Shown here: positions 1 to 9,612 of the stretch, one piece after another
Numbering within the stretch: position 1 is the first letter of the stretch
Layout: every line of letters begins with the position of its first letter
Source: a bacterium
GTDB taxonomy: Bacteria > 4484-113 > JAFGCY01
Assembly: GCA_020440645.1 (NCBI GenBank)
Contig: JAGRNR010000009.1
Coordinates: 5,092-69,091 of the forward strand
Direction: 5' to 3'
Length of the DNA: 64,000 nt
Notes under the pieces: model-generated
Databases searched by the model: none
Told to the model about the DNA's origin: nothing
What the model saw: the letters and a program-made list of their open reading frames with translations, nothing else
Translations under genes and position numbers: made by a program

Positions 1-1580
1 ACATAGACGAACTGGTGGTACATCGAGGCCGGGGCCACGCCGATGAACTGGCCCTTCAGGCCCTGCGGATGGTGCGGGGCTGAGTAGAGCTGGGTCATGC
101 CTAGCATGCTGCCGCCGGTGCTGCCGATGCTGCCATTGCACCATTCCTGCGTGTTGAGCCAGTCAAATGTGTCAACGCCGTCGCGCGGCTCAAGCATGTC
201 CTCCCCTTCCAGCGGGATGGACAGGTTGCCCTCGCTTTCATAGCGGCCACGCATGTCCTGTGTCACCAGTGCGTAGCCGGCATTGTTCATCTCCTCCGCC
301 AGCGGCAGGTAGACCGAGGGGTCCTTGCCATAGGGTGTGCGGACCAGCATCACCGGCCAGGGCCCGCTGCCGGACTGCGGCAGGTAGACATGCGTTGACA
401 GGCGGACTCCATCCGACATCCGCACCTTGTAGGCCGCAGGGCGCATCTGCTGCACCGGTTCCACATAGACCACGCGGCTCGCCACATTGGCAAGCCCATT
501 GCCGTCAGTCACGCGCACGCTGACCCGCCAGGCCCCACTGCCGCCGAAACTGTGGTCCACCGTCGGCGTTGCTCCGGTGGCAGTCTCAAAACTGCCGTTG
601 CCATCCAGGTCCCAGTCGTAGGCCGCGATCCCGGCCTCCGCACTGCTGCCGGATGCATCGAAGCGCCACTCACCGGGTGCCGCGAGGCTCAGTTCAGACG
701 GCAGCTCGCTCCCGTCCAGCATCACACCCGGCCCACCGGCGGAGACACTGGCAGGATTGCCAGCATCCCCCGCTGTCCCGCTCAGTTCGTCAAAGGGCCG
801 GACGCGGAAGCTGTACTGCCCGGCCTGTGGCACCTGCAGCTCGAAGTAATAGCGCACCGGCCGGTAGGGGTCCGCCACCTGGCTGCCCTCGGGGAAGGCG
901 GCGCTGCGCCAGACCGTGAACGGCATGCTGTCGTCAACCGGGTTTGGCAACTGGCTGAAGCCGGACTCGCCGGGCTGCTGCCATTCAATGACATATGCGC
1001 TGATGCGGGAATGCCAGTTCTCCGCAATCACCTGCACGTCAGCTTCGGAGATGGTCCCGTCCCGGTTGGCATCAACCCGCGCCATCCGCCAGTTGGCAGC
1101 TCCACTGTCCGCCGGCGGGATGTCACGGCCCTGGTCATCCCACCAGTAGCCCTGCGGCCAGCCCTGCTCGCCGTGGTATACCCGCGGGTCACGGTAGTCG
1201 ACGGACTTCGAGTGGTGCGCCTCGAGCGCGTCCAGGTCCGCCTTGTCAACGGTGCCGCTCAGGTCGGCGTCACCGGCCAGCACCTCCGTCCAGGACAGCA
1301 GCAGCGTATAGCCCGAACCGTCAGCGCGGGTCTGCTCCGCCACCATGTCAAACACACTCGCATGCGGGGCCGTCGGCGCGGCATGCTCCACGGACAAGGG
1401 CTCCAGCCCCAGCCTCGAGAACTCCGCATCCAGCCGCGACTCAAGCTCGCGGCGGACATCGGGGGGTGTCGGGTCAGGCGTGTTGCCAACGGGGGCAGCG
1501 CTGCCGCCACCGCAGGAGGCAGTTGCCAGGCACAGCAGTCCCGTGGCCAGCAGGCCAAGTCTGTATTTGTTTGCTTCCAT
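1..1580 (-). CDS. Secreted S15-family peptidase / CocE-NonD hydrolase (X-Pro dipeptidyl-peptidase-like) with PKD-like and Ca-binding (dockerin-like) segments. Partial: the C-terminus lies beyond the window start.
   Basis: Minus-strand frame is open from position 1 to an ATG at 1578-1580 (MEANKYRLGLLATGLLCLATASCGG, lipoprotein-type signal). Translation shows DxNxDGxIxxxD-like Ca-binding segments, a PKD-like stretch (YDWDLDGNGSFE...VSVRVTDGNG) and then VRLSTHVYLP...PWPVMLVRTPYGKD...GYALVTQDMRGRYESEG...GSIGSTGGSMLG, typical of the CocE/NonD S15 hydrolase fold. It is absent from the ORF track because no stop falls inside the window. Confidence 0.7.
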   Translation of the reverse strand, partial: MEANKYRLGLLATGLLCLATASCGGGSAAPVGNTPDPTPPDVRRELESRLDAEFSRLGLEPLSVEHAAPTAPHASVFDMVAEQTRADGSGYTLLLSWTEVLAGDADLSGTVDKADLDALEAHHSKSVDYRDPRVYHGEQGWPQGYWWDDQGRDIPPADSGAANWRMARVDANRDGTISEADVQVIAENWHSRISAYVIEWQQPGESGFSQLPNPVDDSMPFTVWRSAAFPEGSQVADPYRPVRYYFELQVPQAGQYSFRVRPFDELSGTAGDAGNPASVSAGGPGVMLDGSELPSELSLAAPGEWRFDASGSSAEAGIAAYDWDLDGNGSFETATGATPTVDHSFGGSGAWRVSVRVTDGNGLANVASRVVYVEPVQQMRPAAYKVRMSDGVRLSTHVYLPQSGSGPWPVMLVRTPYGKDPSVYLPLAEEMNNAGYALVTQDMRGRYESEGNLSIPLEGEDMLEPRDGVDTFDWLNTQEWCNGSIGSTGGSMLGMTQLYSAPHHPQGLKGQFIGVAPASMYHQFVY

Positions 1581-1627
1581 TCCGCTCGTCCAGCCTTCCG
1601 ATCTATTCCGCCTGCCGGCGGGCCATC

Positions 1628-3922
1628 CTAGTCATCCATGCCCAGCAGCTTCACGGTCTCCCGCGGGCCGGGCACATTGAGCCCTGTTTCCAGCAGCACG
1701 GCGATGCAGTCAACACTGCCCCCGCGCAACGCCCGGGCCAGCAGCTCCTGCTGCCGCTCCGGCGAAAGCTCCGTTCCTTCCTGCCCGGCCAGTGCGGCCA
1801 GCAGGTCACTGCGGTCAAGGTCGATGCAGCAGGCCATCGCGCCCAGCAGCGCATCCGGCGTTGACAATTCAGCCACCTGCGCGACCAGCTCGCGCTCAAC
1901 CCCGGGCCAGCACACGATCGTGCCCAGCAGGTCCGGCAGCATGTCGTCCCGGCCGGTCCAGGCGTCCGACAGCCCCGGATGCTCCGGGTTGTAGATCGCC
2001 AGCAGCACCTTCAGCACCGCCTGGTTCTGGCGGGAGCGCTCGGCATCCGGCATGAGCTCCGTGCCGGCAGCCCGTCCCTGGGTGGCGAAGTAGTCCAGCC
2101 CGCGGCCGGGGTCGGCCCCGAGCTGCAGCAGGTAGCGTACGTTGTCAATCCGGCCGGCACTGCAGGCGCTCACAAGCGCCGTCATCCCGGCGGAGCTGCG
2201 GCGCTCGACCGGCGTGCCGTAATCCAGCAGGGCCTGCAGGAAGCGGCGGTCCTCCAGCTTGGCGGCTTCCATCAGCGCCTGGTCCTGGGCCTCCTCCAGC
2301 CAGTGCTGGTCATGGGGCAGCACGCTGAACAGGAATTCCAGCAGGTCGAGGTTCTGGCGCTTGACGGCCACCGTCAGCGAACTGTCAACGGTCAGGTTCT
2401 CACTGATCAGCAGTTCCTGGTCAAAGAATGCCTTGCCTAGCTCGCTGTCCATTCCAAGCATTACAAGTGCCTGCATCAGCGGGGCCCGCCCGCTGGCAAT
2501 CACCGCCTTGAGCGCAGCCTTGTTGCCAGCCTGCCCGGCCAGCAGCATGCCCTTCTCCAGTTCGCGGTTGGCCTGCTCTTCAGTCAGTCCGAGCTTCGCC
2601 ACCGCATCATTGAATTCGGCGACTCGGCCGAGGGCCACGAGTGCCACCGGCTGCGGGGACTGCGCCTTCGCCAGCCAGGCCGTTGCCAGTTCATCACGGC
2701 CGTTGAGGATCGCGATGTGCAGCGCACTGCGGGACAGGAAGTTCTCATGCAGCGGGTCAATCCCGAGCTGGCTGAGCTCCTGCAGTTCCTTGTCACTGAG
2801 CAGGCCGTTGAGCAGCAGCAGGTTCAGTGCATTGTTGCCATCGCCGTCAGTGGCATTCAGGTCGAGACCCATGCGCCTCAGCATCTGGAAGTAGCGCAGG
2901 TCGTCAATTGCGGTGCAGACCGCGTATTCCTCGCCGGTCAGCTGGTCCAGTTCCTTCAGGCGCTCATCCAGCAGGCCCTTCAGCGCGCCTTCGCGTTGCA
3001 GCTTCTCCAGCAATTCAGTTGTGGTCATCGCAAGTGCACGGCGCGACAGTTCCAGCCGGGCGGCCCCGAGCAGCGGGGCTCGCATCTCCAGGCTGCGGCG
3101 CTGGCCACGGTAGGCCCGGCAGATGGAGACCAGTGGCTGGCGCGATCCGGCCGCGGCATAACGTGCCACATCGAAGCCATTGCTGCTGAGCAGCTTGAGC
3201 TTCGCCGCGTCCGACAGGCAGGCCCCGAGCAGTTCATCTCCGGCGGAGCTGTAGTCCCAGTGTGTGCCCGCTTCCAGCAGGCGACTGAGCTGCTCCGTAC
3301 TGGCGACCGGCACGATCCGGCTTATGAATGCAGTCCATTCCGCCGGGTCCGTGCTGGGCTTGCCCACTTCGAGCAGGCGGCCGAGCAGCTCAGGGTCAAT
3401 TCCTCCCGGCCGCTGCAGCATTTCGCCGGCCACGCCACTGCCGAGTAGCGCTCCACGCCCGGCCAGCAGTGCAGCCATGCCGTCGTTCCCGCTGTGCAGA
3501 GCACTGACCAGCAAGCGGTCCAGCCGCAGCTGTTCGAGGGTGCGGGGATAGGAATCAAGCAGCGTCTCCACCGCGTCCGCATTGTCCAGGACGACGGCGA
3601 GGCTAAGCAGGTCGGCCCCGAGCAGTTCAGTATCCGCAGTTACCGTTCCATTCAGGCAGTCCTCACGGAATGCCGGCGACCAGGCAAGGAAACCATCGAG
3701 CATGCTGCGCTCAGATGCGTCCAGATCCAGGCTTCCGGCACTGCCTATTTGCGCCTGCAGTACGTATGAGAGTCCATTGCCCCTGTCCGCGAGGTCGAGC
3801 TGGCCGATATGGGCCACTTCGGACTGGGACTCGCTGTACTGCGCTGCCAGGGAATTGCCGGCAGCAATAATTACCATGACGCAGGAAAGCAGTAACATGC
3901 GCAAAATCGCATGTCTTTGCAT
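1628..3922 (-). CDS. Ankyrin-repeat protein with N-terminal signal peptide
   Basis: ORF 1628..4021. Likely start is the internal M at 3922 (MQRHAILRMLLLSCVMVIIAAGNSLAAQ, a signal-peptide-like segment). Many tandem repeats of about 33 aa with the pattern G.D.N..D..G.TAL..A...G....V..LL..GA. Confidence 0.8.
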   Translation of the reverse strand: MQRHAILRMLLLSCVMVIIAAGNSLAAQYSESQSEVAHIGQLDLADRGNGLSYVLQAQIGSAGSLDLDASERSMLDGFLAWSPAFREDCLNGTVTADTELLGADLLSLAVVLDNADAVETLLDSYPRTLEQLRLDRLLVSALHSGNDGMAALLAGRGALLGSGVAGEMLQRPGGIDPELLGRLLEVGKPSTDPAEWTAFISRIVPVASTEQLSRLLEAGTHWDYSSAGDELLGACLSDAAKLKLLSSNGFDVARYAAAGSRQPLVSICRAYRGQRRSLEMRAPLLGAARLELSRRALAMTTTELLEKLQREGALKGLLDERLKELDQLTGEEYAVCTAIDDLRYFQMLRRMGLDLNATDGDGNNALNLLLLNGLLSDKELQELSQLGIDPLHENFLSRSALHIAILNGRDELATAWLAKAQSPQPVALVALGRVAEFNDAVAKLGLTEEQANRELEKGMLLAGQAGNKAALKAVIASGRAPLMQALVMLGMDSELGKAFFDQELLISENLTVDSSLTVAVKRQNLDLLEFLFSVLPHDQHWLEEAQDQALMEAAKLEDRRFLQALLDYGTPVERRSSAGMTALVSACSAGRIDNVRYLLQLGADPGRGLDYFATQGRAAGTELMPDAERSRQNQAVLKVLLAIYNPEHPGLSDAWTGRDDMLPDLLGTIVCWPGVERELVAQVAELSTPDALLGAMACCIDLDRSDLLAALAGQEGTELSPERQQELLARALRGGSVDCIAVLLETGLNVPGPRETVKLLGMDD

Positions 3923-4170
3923 CACATCAGCATTATTACCGGAAATTCTAGGGATGAAACCTAATGCGCATTTACACCCGCCATGGATGTTGATTTTCCC
4001 AACATTTAACTTCTGCCCCATCGCAAACCCGGAATTAACCGGTCTGATGAGAATGTAATGTGTCGAGCGCTGGTATGGTCTATTGGACCGTGTAACTCCC
4101 TTCCGGAGCTTTATCGCTAACAGGCATGCAATATGCCGTGGTGCTGATGCAACCTGCTCGTCAGGCTTGA

Positions 4171-4911
4171 ATGAAAATGCTTAGCTATTCCAGGGCCCAA
4201 TGGTACGTGGATCTGATGGATCCAATGGCGGAAGCCCTCAACCAGCTTGATGTGGATCGATTCAATGAATTGCGCGCCCGTGCACTTGCAATCATCTCCA
4301 CTGAGGAAATGGACCGTGACATGGCCGATGCCATCGACATTGTCGTTTCCTACCTGGGTTTCCTGCGCCATGTGGCGTTCCGTGAGAATGGTGAGGCTGA
4401 ACGGGATTACCCGCAGGCTCGTGAAAGGCTGCTGCGCCGGACCCACGGCCCGGAAAGCGACCTGACCCGCCGGCGCTATTACCTGCAGTTGCGCATCATC
4501 GCGGACAACATGAAGCTCGAGCCGCTGCAGATCAATGAGTTCCGCAGCCTGTTCTCAGACCTGGACTTCCATGAGATGCATACCGAGCAATGGTATTTCG
4601 CATCGAATTTCGCCTTCCGGCACAAGGACCTCGAAACCATCTCGCGGGCCTACGAACAGTTCCTGCTGTATCGCGACGAGCACGACAATGAGCTGTTCCA
4701 GTGGGTGCGCCTGAGCGTGATGTACCGCCTGCTCAGGCAGGAGGTCCAGCCGCGGCACATTGAAAAGCTGCTGCTGAGCATCCGCACCTCGGCGAATGCG
4801 CGCGAGGTGCGCTCGCTGCTGCTGCCTGAGATCGAGCGCCAGCAGTTGATGACCCCCGAGCTAGAAGCGCTGCTGGAGCGGACCCAGGACCAGCTGGACA
4901 TGTCCCGCTGA
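4171..4911 (+). CDS. Hypothetical protein (246 aa, soluble, helical/acidic)
   Basis: Clean ORF with coding-like composition. No recognisable motif. Preceded by an AT-rich divergent intergenic region (3923..4170). Confidence 0.55.
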   Translation: MKMLSYSRAQWYVDLMDPMAEALNQLDVDRFNELRARALAIISTEEMDRDMADAIDIVVSYLGFLRHVAFRENGEAERDYPQARERLLRRTHGPESDLTRRRYYLQLRIIADNMKLEPLQINEFRSLFSDLDFHEMHTEQWYFASNFAFRHKDLETISRAYEQFLLYRDEHDNELFQWVRLSVMYRLLRQEVQPRHIEKLLLSIRTSANAREVRSLLLPEIERQQLMTPELEALLERTQDQLDMSR

Positions 4912-5020
4912 TTTCCCACAGCCCAGCGTGCTTTGAAACAATCATGCCTGACTGGGATATGATTAATGAGAGGCAGGGACGGACCGCAGATCCCCTGCCG
5001 GCGGGCCGGTCTGGGTAGGC

Positions 5021-6244
5021 ATGATCATCTTCGAAGTCATTCGCATGGCACTGCGCGGTGTGCGCGCCAATCTGCTGCGTTCAATGCTCACCACACTCGG
5101 CATCGCCGTCGGCGTGGGCTGCGTCGTGACGCTGATCGCCTACAGCGCTGGCAACACCAAGCAGCTGCTTGACCAGTTCAGCGGCTTCGGCACCAAGTCG
5201 ATGACCGTCTCGCTGGACAACTTCAACGGCAGCACCGCCATGCGGCTTGACCTCGAAGATGCCGCGGCCCTGCGCCGGGAGATCCCGGTGCTCGAAGTGG
5301 CGGCTGCGGTGATGTTCTTCAGCAATGTCGACCTCGACCTCAACGGCGCGGTCAAGACCGGCGTCACCCTCACCGCCGTCGAACCGCAGTATTTCAAGGC
5401 CCGCACCTTCGAGCTCTCCAGCGGGCACTACTTCAACCAGAATGACAACCTCTCACTGGCTCCGCTGGCGGTGATCGGTGCCAACGTGAAGGACGAGCTG
5501 TTCATGAACCTCGACCCGGTCGGACAGCAGCTGCTGATCCAGGGCAAGCCCTTCACCGTGATCGGCGTGATGGCACGGCGTGACGAGGGCCGCCACGGCG
5601 GCAGCAATGACGAGGTGCTGATCCCGCCCCATACCGCAATCGTCGAGTTCCCGACGATGGACCCGATGGTCAACATTGACATCGAGGTCAAGGACGAGAA
5701 GTACCTTGAGTTCGCGAAGACCCGCGTGACCGAAGTGCTCGAGGGCCGCCACCCGGAAATCGTGCTCGCCAAGAACGAGCGCTGGAGCCCGCTCAACGTC
5801 TGGATGTTCAACGACTGGCTGAAGCGCCGCACAGCCGCTGCCAACTCGATGTCGCGCTTCCTGCTGGTGATCGGCCTGCTGTGCCTGACCATCGGCGCCG
5901 TCGGTGTGATGAACATCATGCTCGTGGCGGTCGAGGAGCGCACGCTGGAGATCGGCCTGCGCAAGGCGCTCGGTGCCACCCGGGCGGGGATCATCGGCCA
6001 GTTCCTGAGTGAGGCGCTGATCGTCTGCCTCAGCGGCGGGGCGATCGGGCTCGGCGTTGCCATCGTGGCCTGCGCCAAGATGGCGGCGATGCCCGAGGAT
6101 GCCAACGTACCCGATCCGCTGCTCACGCAGAACCTGATGATCGGCTCGATCCTCGTTTCACTGGTGATCGCACTGGCGGCCGGCACCTGGCCCGCCGTGC
6201 TCGCATCCTCCACGGACCCGATCGAGTCCCTGTCCTACGAGTAA
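5021..6244 (+). CDS. ABC transporter permease, FtsX/MacB/LolE family
   Basis: N-terminal TM (LRSMLTTLGIAVGVGCVVTLIAY), large periplasmic domain, and a C-terminal FtsX-type 3-TM bundle (LLVIGLLCLTIGAVGVMNIMLVAVEERTLEIGLRKALGA...). Canonical architecture. Confidence 0.85.
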   Translation: MIIFEVIRMALRGVRANLLRSMLTTLGIAVGVGCVVTLIAYSAGNTKQLLDQFSGFGTKSMTVSLDNFNGSTAMRLDLEDAAALRREIPVLEVAAAVMFFSNVDLDLNGAVKTGVTLTAVEPQYFKARTFELSSGHYFNQNDNLSLAPLAVIGANVKDELFMNLDPVGQQLLIQGKPFTVIGVMARRDEGRHGGSNDEVLIPPHTAIVEFPTMDPMVNIDIEVKDEKYLEFAKTRVTEVLEGRHPEIVLAKNERWSPLNVWMFNDWLKRRTAAANSMSRFLLVIGLLCLTIGAVGVMNIMLVAVEERTLEIGLRKALGATRAGIIGQFLSEALIVCLSGGAIGLGVAIVACAKMAAMPEDANVPDPLLTQNLMIGSILVSLVIALAAGTWPAVLASSTDPIESLSYE

Positions 6245-6247
6245 GCC

Positions 6248-7495
6248 ATGTCCACCATCGAGATCATGCTGGCCTGCGTCAAGTCCATCTCCGCGAGGTG
6301 GAACCGCAGCCTGCTGACCGTGCTCGGCGTGGTGGTCGGGGTCGGCACCGTGGTGCTGCTGCTGGCATACGGTGCCGGGCAGAAGGCCGAGCTGCTGGCA
6401 CGCTATGAGGACTGGGGCGCCAATGAGATCCGCGTCAACATCCGCGGGCGCTGGGGCCGTGGCAACTGGATGTCCGAGCGCGAACGCCTGACACCCGGCG
6501 ACCTGGACGCCATCCTGAAGGACTGCGGTGCGGTCTCGCGCGCCGAGCCCTCCGTTGACACCGAAACCACCGTCCGCCTTGGCTCATATGAGCTGGAGGA
6601 GGTCGAGGTGCTCGGTGTCGGCCCTGACTACTTCGACATCCTTGGCGAGGAACTGGTCACCGGCGAAGCCTTCGGCGCCGAGGAGAACGTGCTGCGCGAG
6701 AGGGTCTGCATCATCAACACCACGATGCAGAAGGAGCTGTTCTTCGGCGCCCCGGCGCTCGGGCAGTTCATTGACATTGCCGGCCGGCGCTTCCGCATCG
6801 TCGGCACGATTGACTACGAGGAGGGCCGCCGCGCTGAGCCGACGGCCTTCATGCCCTACCTGACCTTCACGGACCGCACCTTCATCAACCAGCGCGGGCT
6901 CGGTGAGATCGTTGCCAGCGCCGTCAGCAGCAAGCATGTGAAGCTGGCGGCCCAGCAGATCGAGGAGCTGATGTACCTGCGCCACCCGCGCATCGAGAAG
7001 CCGGATGAAAGCGAGATCCGTGGCTGGTGGGACAAGCCGATCCGCGTGATGTACTCCGAGGAGCTGCGCAGCCAGCGAGAGGCCACCGCCGACAGTTTCG
7101 GCCAGTTCCTCGCGGTGATCGGCTTCCTCTCGCTGCTGATCGGCGGCGTCGGTGTGATGAACATCATGCTCGTGACGGTGCACCAGCGCACCGCGGAGAT
7201 CGGCCTGCGCAAGGCGCTCGGGGCCAAGCGCGAGGACATCCTGCGCCAGTTCCTCGCTGAAGCGGTGCTGATCAGCTTCAGCGGCGGGCTGATCGGGCTC
7301 GGGGCCGCCTGGATGGGCGCGAAGATCCTTGCCAACATGCCGGAGGATGCCCAGGTGCCGGACCCGGTGATCTCACCGCTGATCATCTTCATCGCCTTTG
7401 CGGTGACAGTCGGCACCGGCGTGTTCTTCGGCTACTACCCGGCCTGGCAGGCCTCACGCCTCGACCCGATCGAGGCCCTGCGCAGCAGCCGCTGA
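6248..7495 (+). CDS. ABC transporter permease, FtsX/MacB/LolE family (second tandem copy)
   Basis: Same architecture as the previous gene (…FLAVIGFLSLLIGGVGVMNIMLVTVHQRTAEIGLRKALGA…). Begins 4 nt after the upstream stop. No ABC ATPase gene is adjacent. Confidence 0.85.
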   Translation: MSTIEIMLACVKSISARWNRSLLTVLGVVVGVGTVVLLLAYGAGQKAELLARYEDWGANEIRVNIRGRWGRGNWMSERERLTPGDLDAILKDCGAVSRAEPSVDTETTVRLGSYELEEVEVLGVGPDYFDILGEELVTGEAFGAEENVLRERVCIINTTMQKELFFGAPALGQFIDIAGRRFRIVGTIDYEEGRRAEPTAFMPYLTFTDRTFINQRGLGEIVASAVSSKHVKLAAQQIEELMYLRHPRIEKPDESEIRGWWDKPIRVMYSEELRSQREATADSFGQFLAVIGFLSLLIGGVGVMNIMLVTVHQRTAEIGLRKALGAKREDILRQFLAEAVLISFSGGLIGLGAAWMGAKILANMPEDAQVPDPVISPLIIFIAFAVTVGTGVFFGYYPAWQASRLDPIEALRSSR

Positions 7496-7511
7496 ATACC
7501 ACCCTGCTTGC

Positions 7512-8879
7512 CTAGCCGTCCCCGCTGTCCATTCCCGCCTCATTCTCTCCGCGGCTGGCCTGCTCCGGCGCACTGGGCCGCCTGAGCGGCTGGGGCAGGT
7601 CGGAGGATCCACCACGGCGTAGCTCCTGCGGGATGTCGGACGGTCCGTCCATCTTGTGCAGGTACAGCGACTGGCTCGGGAAGGCGAAGTCAACGCCGAT
7701 CTCGGCAAACAGGTCCATGATGCGCAGCATCAGGTCCTCGCGGATGATCAGGTAGTCCGCCCAGACAGCCGTATTGGCAAAGCAGTACACGAGGATATCC
7801 AGCGAGCTGGCACCGAAGTCGGTGAAGTGCACCAGATGGAAGCGCTGGTCGATGCCGCTGTGCTTTTCGATGATGTCGCGAATGCCATCCACGGCCTTGC
7901 GCAGCCTGGTGGCATCCGCGTCATAGGTGATGCCGATCGTCAGGTTGATGCGGCGCATGTCGCGCACGCTGAAGTTCTGGATGTTCTCGTTGGTGACGAT
8001 CTTGTTCGGCACGCTGACAACGGTCTTGTCAAAGCAGCGGATGCGCGTGGAGCGGATGCCGATCTCCTCCACGTCGCCCTCCACGCCGGCCATCTTGATC
8101 CAGTCCCCGCGCTTGAACGGGCGGTCCATGAAGATCATGAAGCTGCCGAAGATGTTGGCAACGGTGTCCTGCGCGGCGAAGGCCAGCGCCAGGCCGCCGA
8201 TGCCGACACCGGCCAGCACTGCGGTGATGTCCCCGCCCCAGCTCTGCACGCAGGTCAGGATCACCAGCAGGATGATCAGCACCTTGGCGGTGTCGCGGAT
8301 CATCGGGATGAACTGCCCGTCCAGTACGCTCGTGCTGTCCGGCCGCTCCTTCTGGCTCAGCCAGCTCAGCGCGACCTCGACGACGCGGAACAGGATCATG
8401 CCGACGTTGACGATCAGCCAGGTTGTCAGCAGCGACCACACGATCGCATTCGCGCGGCCGGGCAGGTCGATGAAGGCGAAGGCCAGGAACAGGCCCCAGA
8501 TCATCACGAAGGTGCCGATCTGCTTGCGCAGTGCGGCCAGGACCCGGTCGTCATACTTCGTCTCGGTACGTTCAACGATCGGCTTCAGGTAGCGGTCCAT
8601 CACCTTCTTCGCGATCTGGCTGATGAACAGTGCCAGCAGCAGGAAGAATGCCGCGGCCAGCAGCCCGAAGGCGTTGAGGCCGAAGACGGTGGTGTTGTTG
8701 AGCTGCCTGTAGGTGCTGGTCACGTTGGCGCCCAGCACGCGTTCTATCAGTTCGTTGGTCTTCTGGCGGGTTTCCTGGCGAGCGCTGTCCGAATCCGGCA
8801 CCAGCAGCGGTATCTGTGCCTGGCCCTCCTGCGAGTCCGCCTGTGCGTTGTCAGTGCTCTGCTGGAGAAGTAGGAGCAT
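7512..8879 (-). CDS. Mechanosensitive ion channel, MscS family
   Basis: ORF 7512..9119. Multiple TM helices followed by an MscS beta-domain (…GDWIKMAGVEGDVEEIGIRSTRIRCFDKTVVSVPNKIVTNENIQNF…). Start placed at the internal Met at 8879 (MLLLLQQSTDN…) to avoid overlapping the divergent deoC start at 8941. Upstream Met codons at 9119 and 8948 are possible but would overlap deoC. Confidence 0.75.
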   Translation of the reverse strand: MLLLLQQSTDNAQADSQEGQAQIPLLVPDSDSARQETRQKTNELIERVLGANVTSTYRQLNNTTVFGLNAFGLLAAAFFLLLALFISQIAKKVMDRYLKPIVERTETKYDDRVLAALRKQIGTFVMIWGLFLAFAFIDLPGRANAIVWSLLTTWLIVNVGMILFRVVEVALSWLSQKERPDSTSVLDGQFIPMIRDTAKVLIILLVILTCVQSWGGDITAVLAGVGIGGLALAFAAQDTVANIFGSFMIFMDRPFKRGDWIKMAGVEGDVEEIGIRSTRIRCFDKTVVSVPNKIVTNENIQNFSVRDMRRINLTIGITYDADATRLRKAVDGIRDIIEKHSGIDQRFHLVHFTDFGASSLDILVYCFANTAVWADYLIIREDLMLRIMDLFAEIGVDFAFPSQSLYLHKMDGPSDIPQELRRGGSSDLPQPLRRPSAPEQASRGENEAGMDSGDG

Positions 8880-8940
8880 GCGGCCATTATACAGTCGGTA
8901 TTTCTGGCAGCGCTGCTGCGGCAGGCCATACAATGTCAAC

Positions 8941-9612
8941 ATGTTCATGCGACCGCCCGCTGATGCTGCATTGCACACGAGGCTTGACCAGGCATTCCTC
9001 AAGGCCGACCCGGCTGCCACGGTGGAGGCCCTGCGTGCCCAGGTGGAATTGGCAACACGCCTGCAGCTGCGCAGCCTGTGCGTGCCGCCGCTGCTGGCCG
9101 GCACGGTGAAGAAGCACAACCCGCAGCTCAGGGTATCGACCGTGGTGGCCTATCCGCTCGGGCTGGAAAGCGCCAGCTGCAAGTACTTCTCGATCGAGGA
9201 ACTGATGGAGCAGGGCATTGACGAGTTCGACGTCGTGCTGGACCTGTTCGCGCTCGTGAATGGCAACATGGCGAAGCTGGCGGCCGAGGCCGGCAAGCTC
9301 GGCACGCTCTGCCGCCGCCAGCAGCGGATGCTGAAGGTGATCATCGAAACCCCGATCCTCAATGAGGCTCGCATCACTGAAGTGGTACACGTGCTGCGCG
9401 ATGCCCCGGTGGACTGCGTCAAGACCAGCACCGGCTACGGCCGCGATGCCACGAAAGTCGAACATGTGGAGCTGATCCGCCGGGAACTGGGCGACGACAG
9501 GCTCGTGAAATGCAGCGGCGGAGTGCGCAGCAGGGAGGATGCCCTGCGGATGGTGGATGCCGGTGCGGACATCATCGGCACCAGCAGCGCCGAGGCGATC
9601 CTCGCTTCCTAG
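8941..9612 (+). CDS. deoC: Deoxyribose-phosphate aldolase
   Basis: Translation from ATG 8941: MFMRPPADAALHTRLDQAFLKADPAAT…VKTSTGYG…KCSGGVRS…. This is the DeoC/LacD aldolase fold with the Schiff-base Lys region (CVKTSTGY), about 224 aa. The ORF-track entry 8713..9612 extends upstream in the same frame. Confidence 0.85.
   Translation: MFMRPPADAALHTRLDQAFLKADPAATVEALRAQVELATRLQLRSLCVPPLLAGTVKKHNPQLRVSTVVAYPLGLESASCKYFSIEELMEQGIDEFDVVLDLFALVNGNMAKLAAEAGKLGTLCRRQQRMLKVIIETPILNEARITEVVHVLRDAPVDCVKTSTGYGRDATKVEHVELIRRELGDDRLVKCSGGVRSREDALRMVDAGADIIGTSSAEAILAS

Noticed and set aside
552-1631. 359-aa plus-strand ORF (and overlapping ORFs 167..523, 569..919, 1345..1680, 1466..1864)
   Set aside because: Antisense to, or alternative frames of, the well-supported minus-strand S15 peptidase gene. 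Arg/Ala/Gly/Pro-rich low-complexity translation typical of spurious ORFs in high-GC DNA.
7656-8873. 405-aa plus-strand ORF opposite the MscS gene (also 7927..8592, 8029..8439)
   Set aside because: Translation is Asp/His/Gln/Ala/Gly-rich low-complexity without motifs. The opposite strand encodes a clean MscS channel.
8713-8940. N-terminal 76 codons of ORF 8713..9612 as part of deoC
   Set aside because: Homology to DeoC begins at the Met at 8941. The upstream extension would overlap the divergent MscS gene and has non-coding-like composition.
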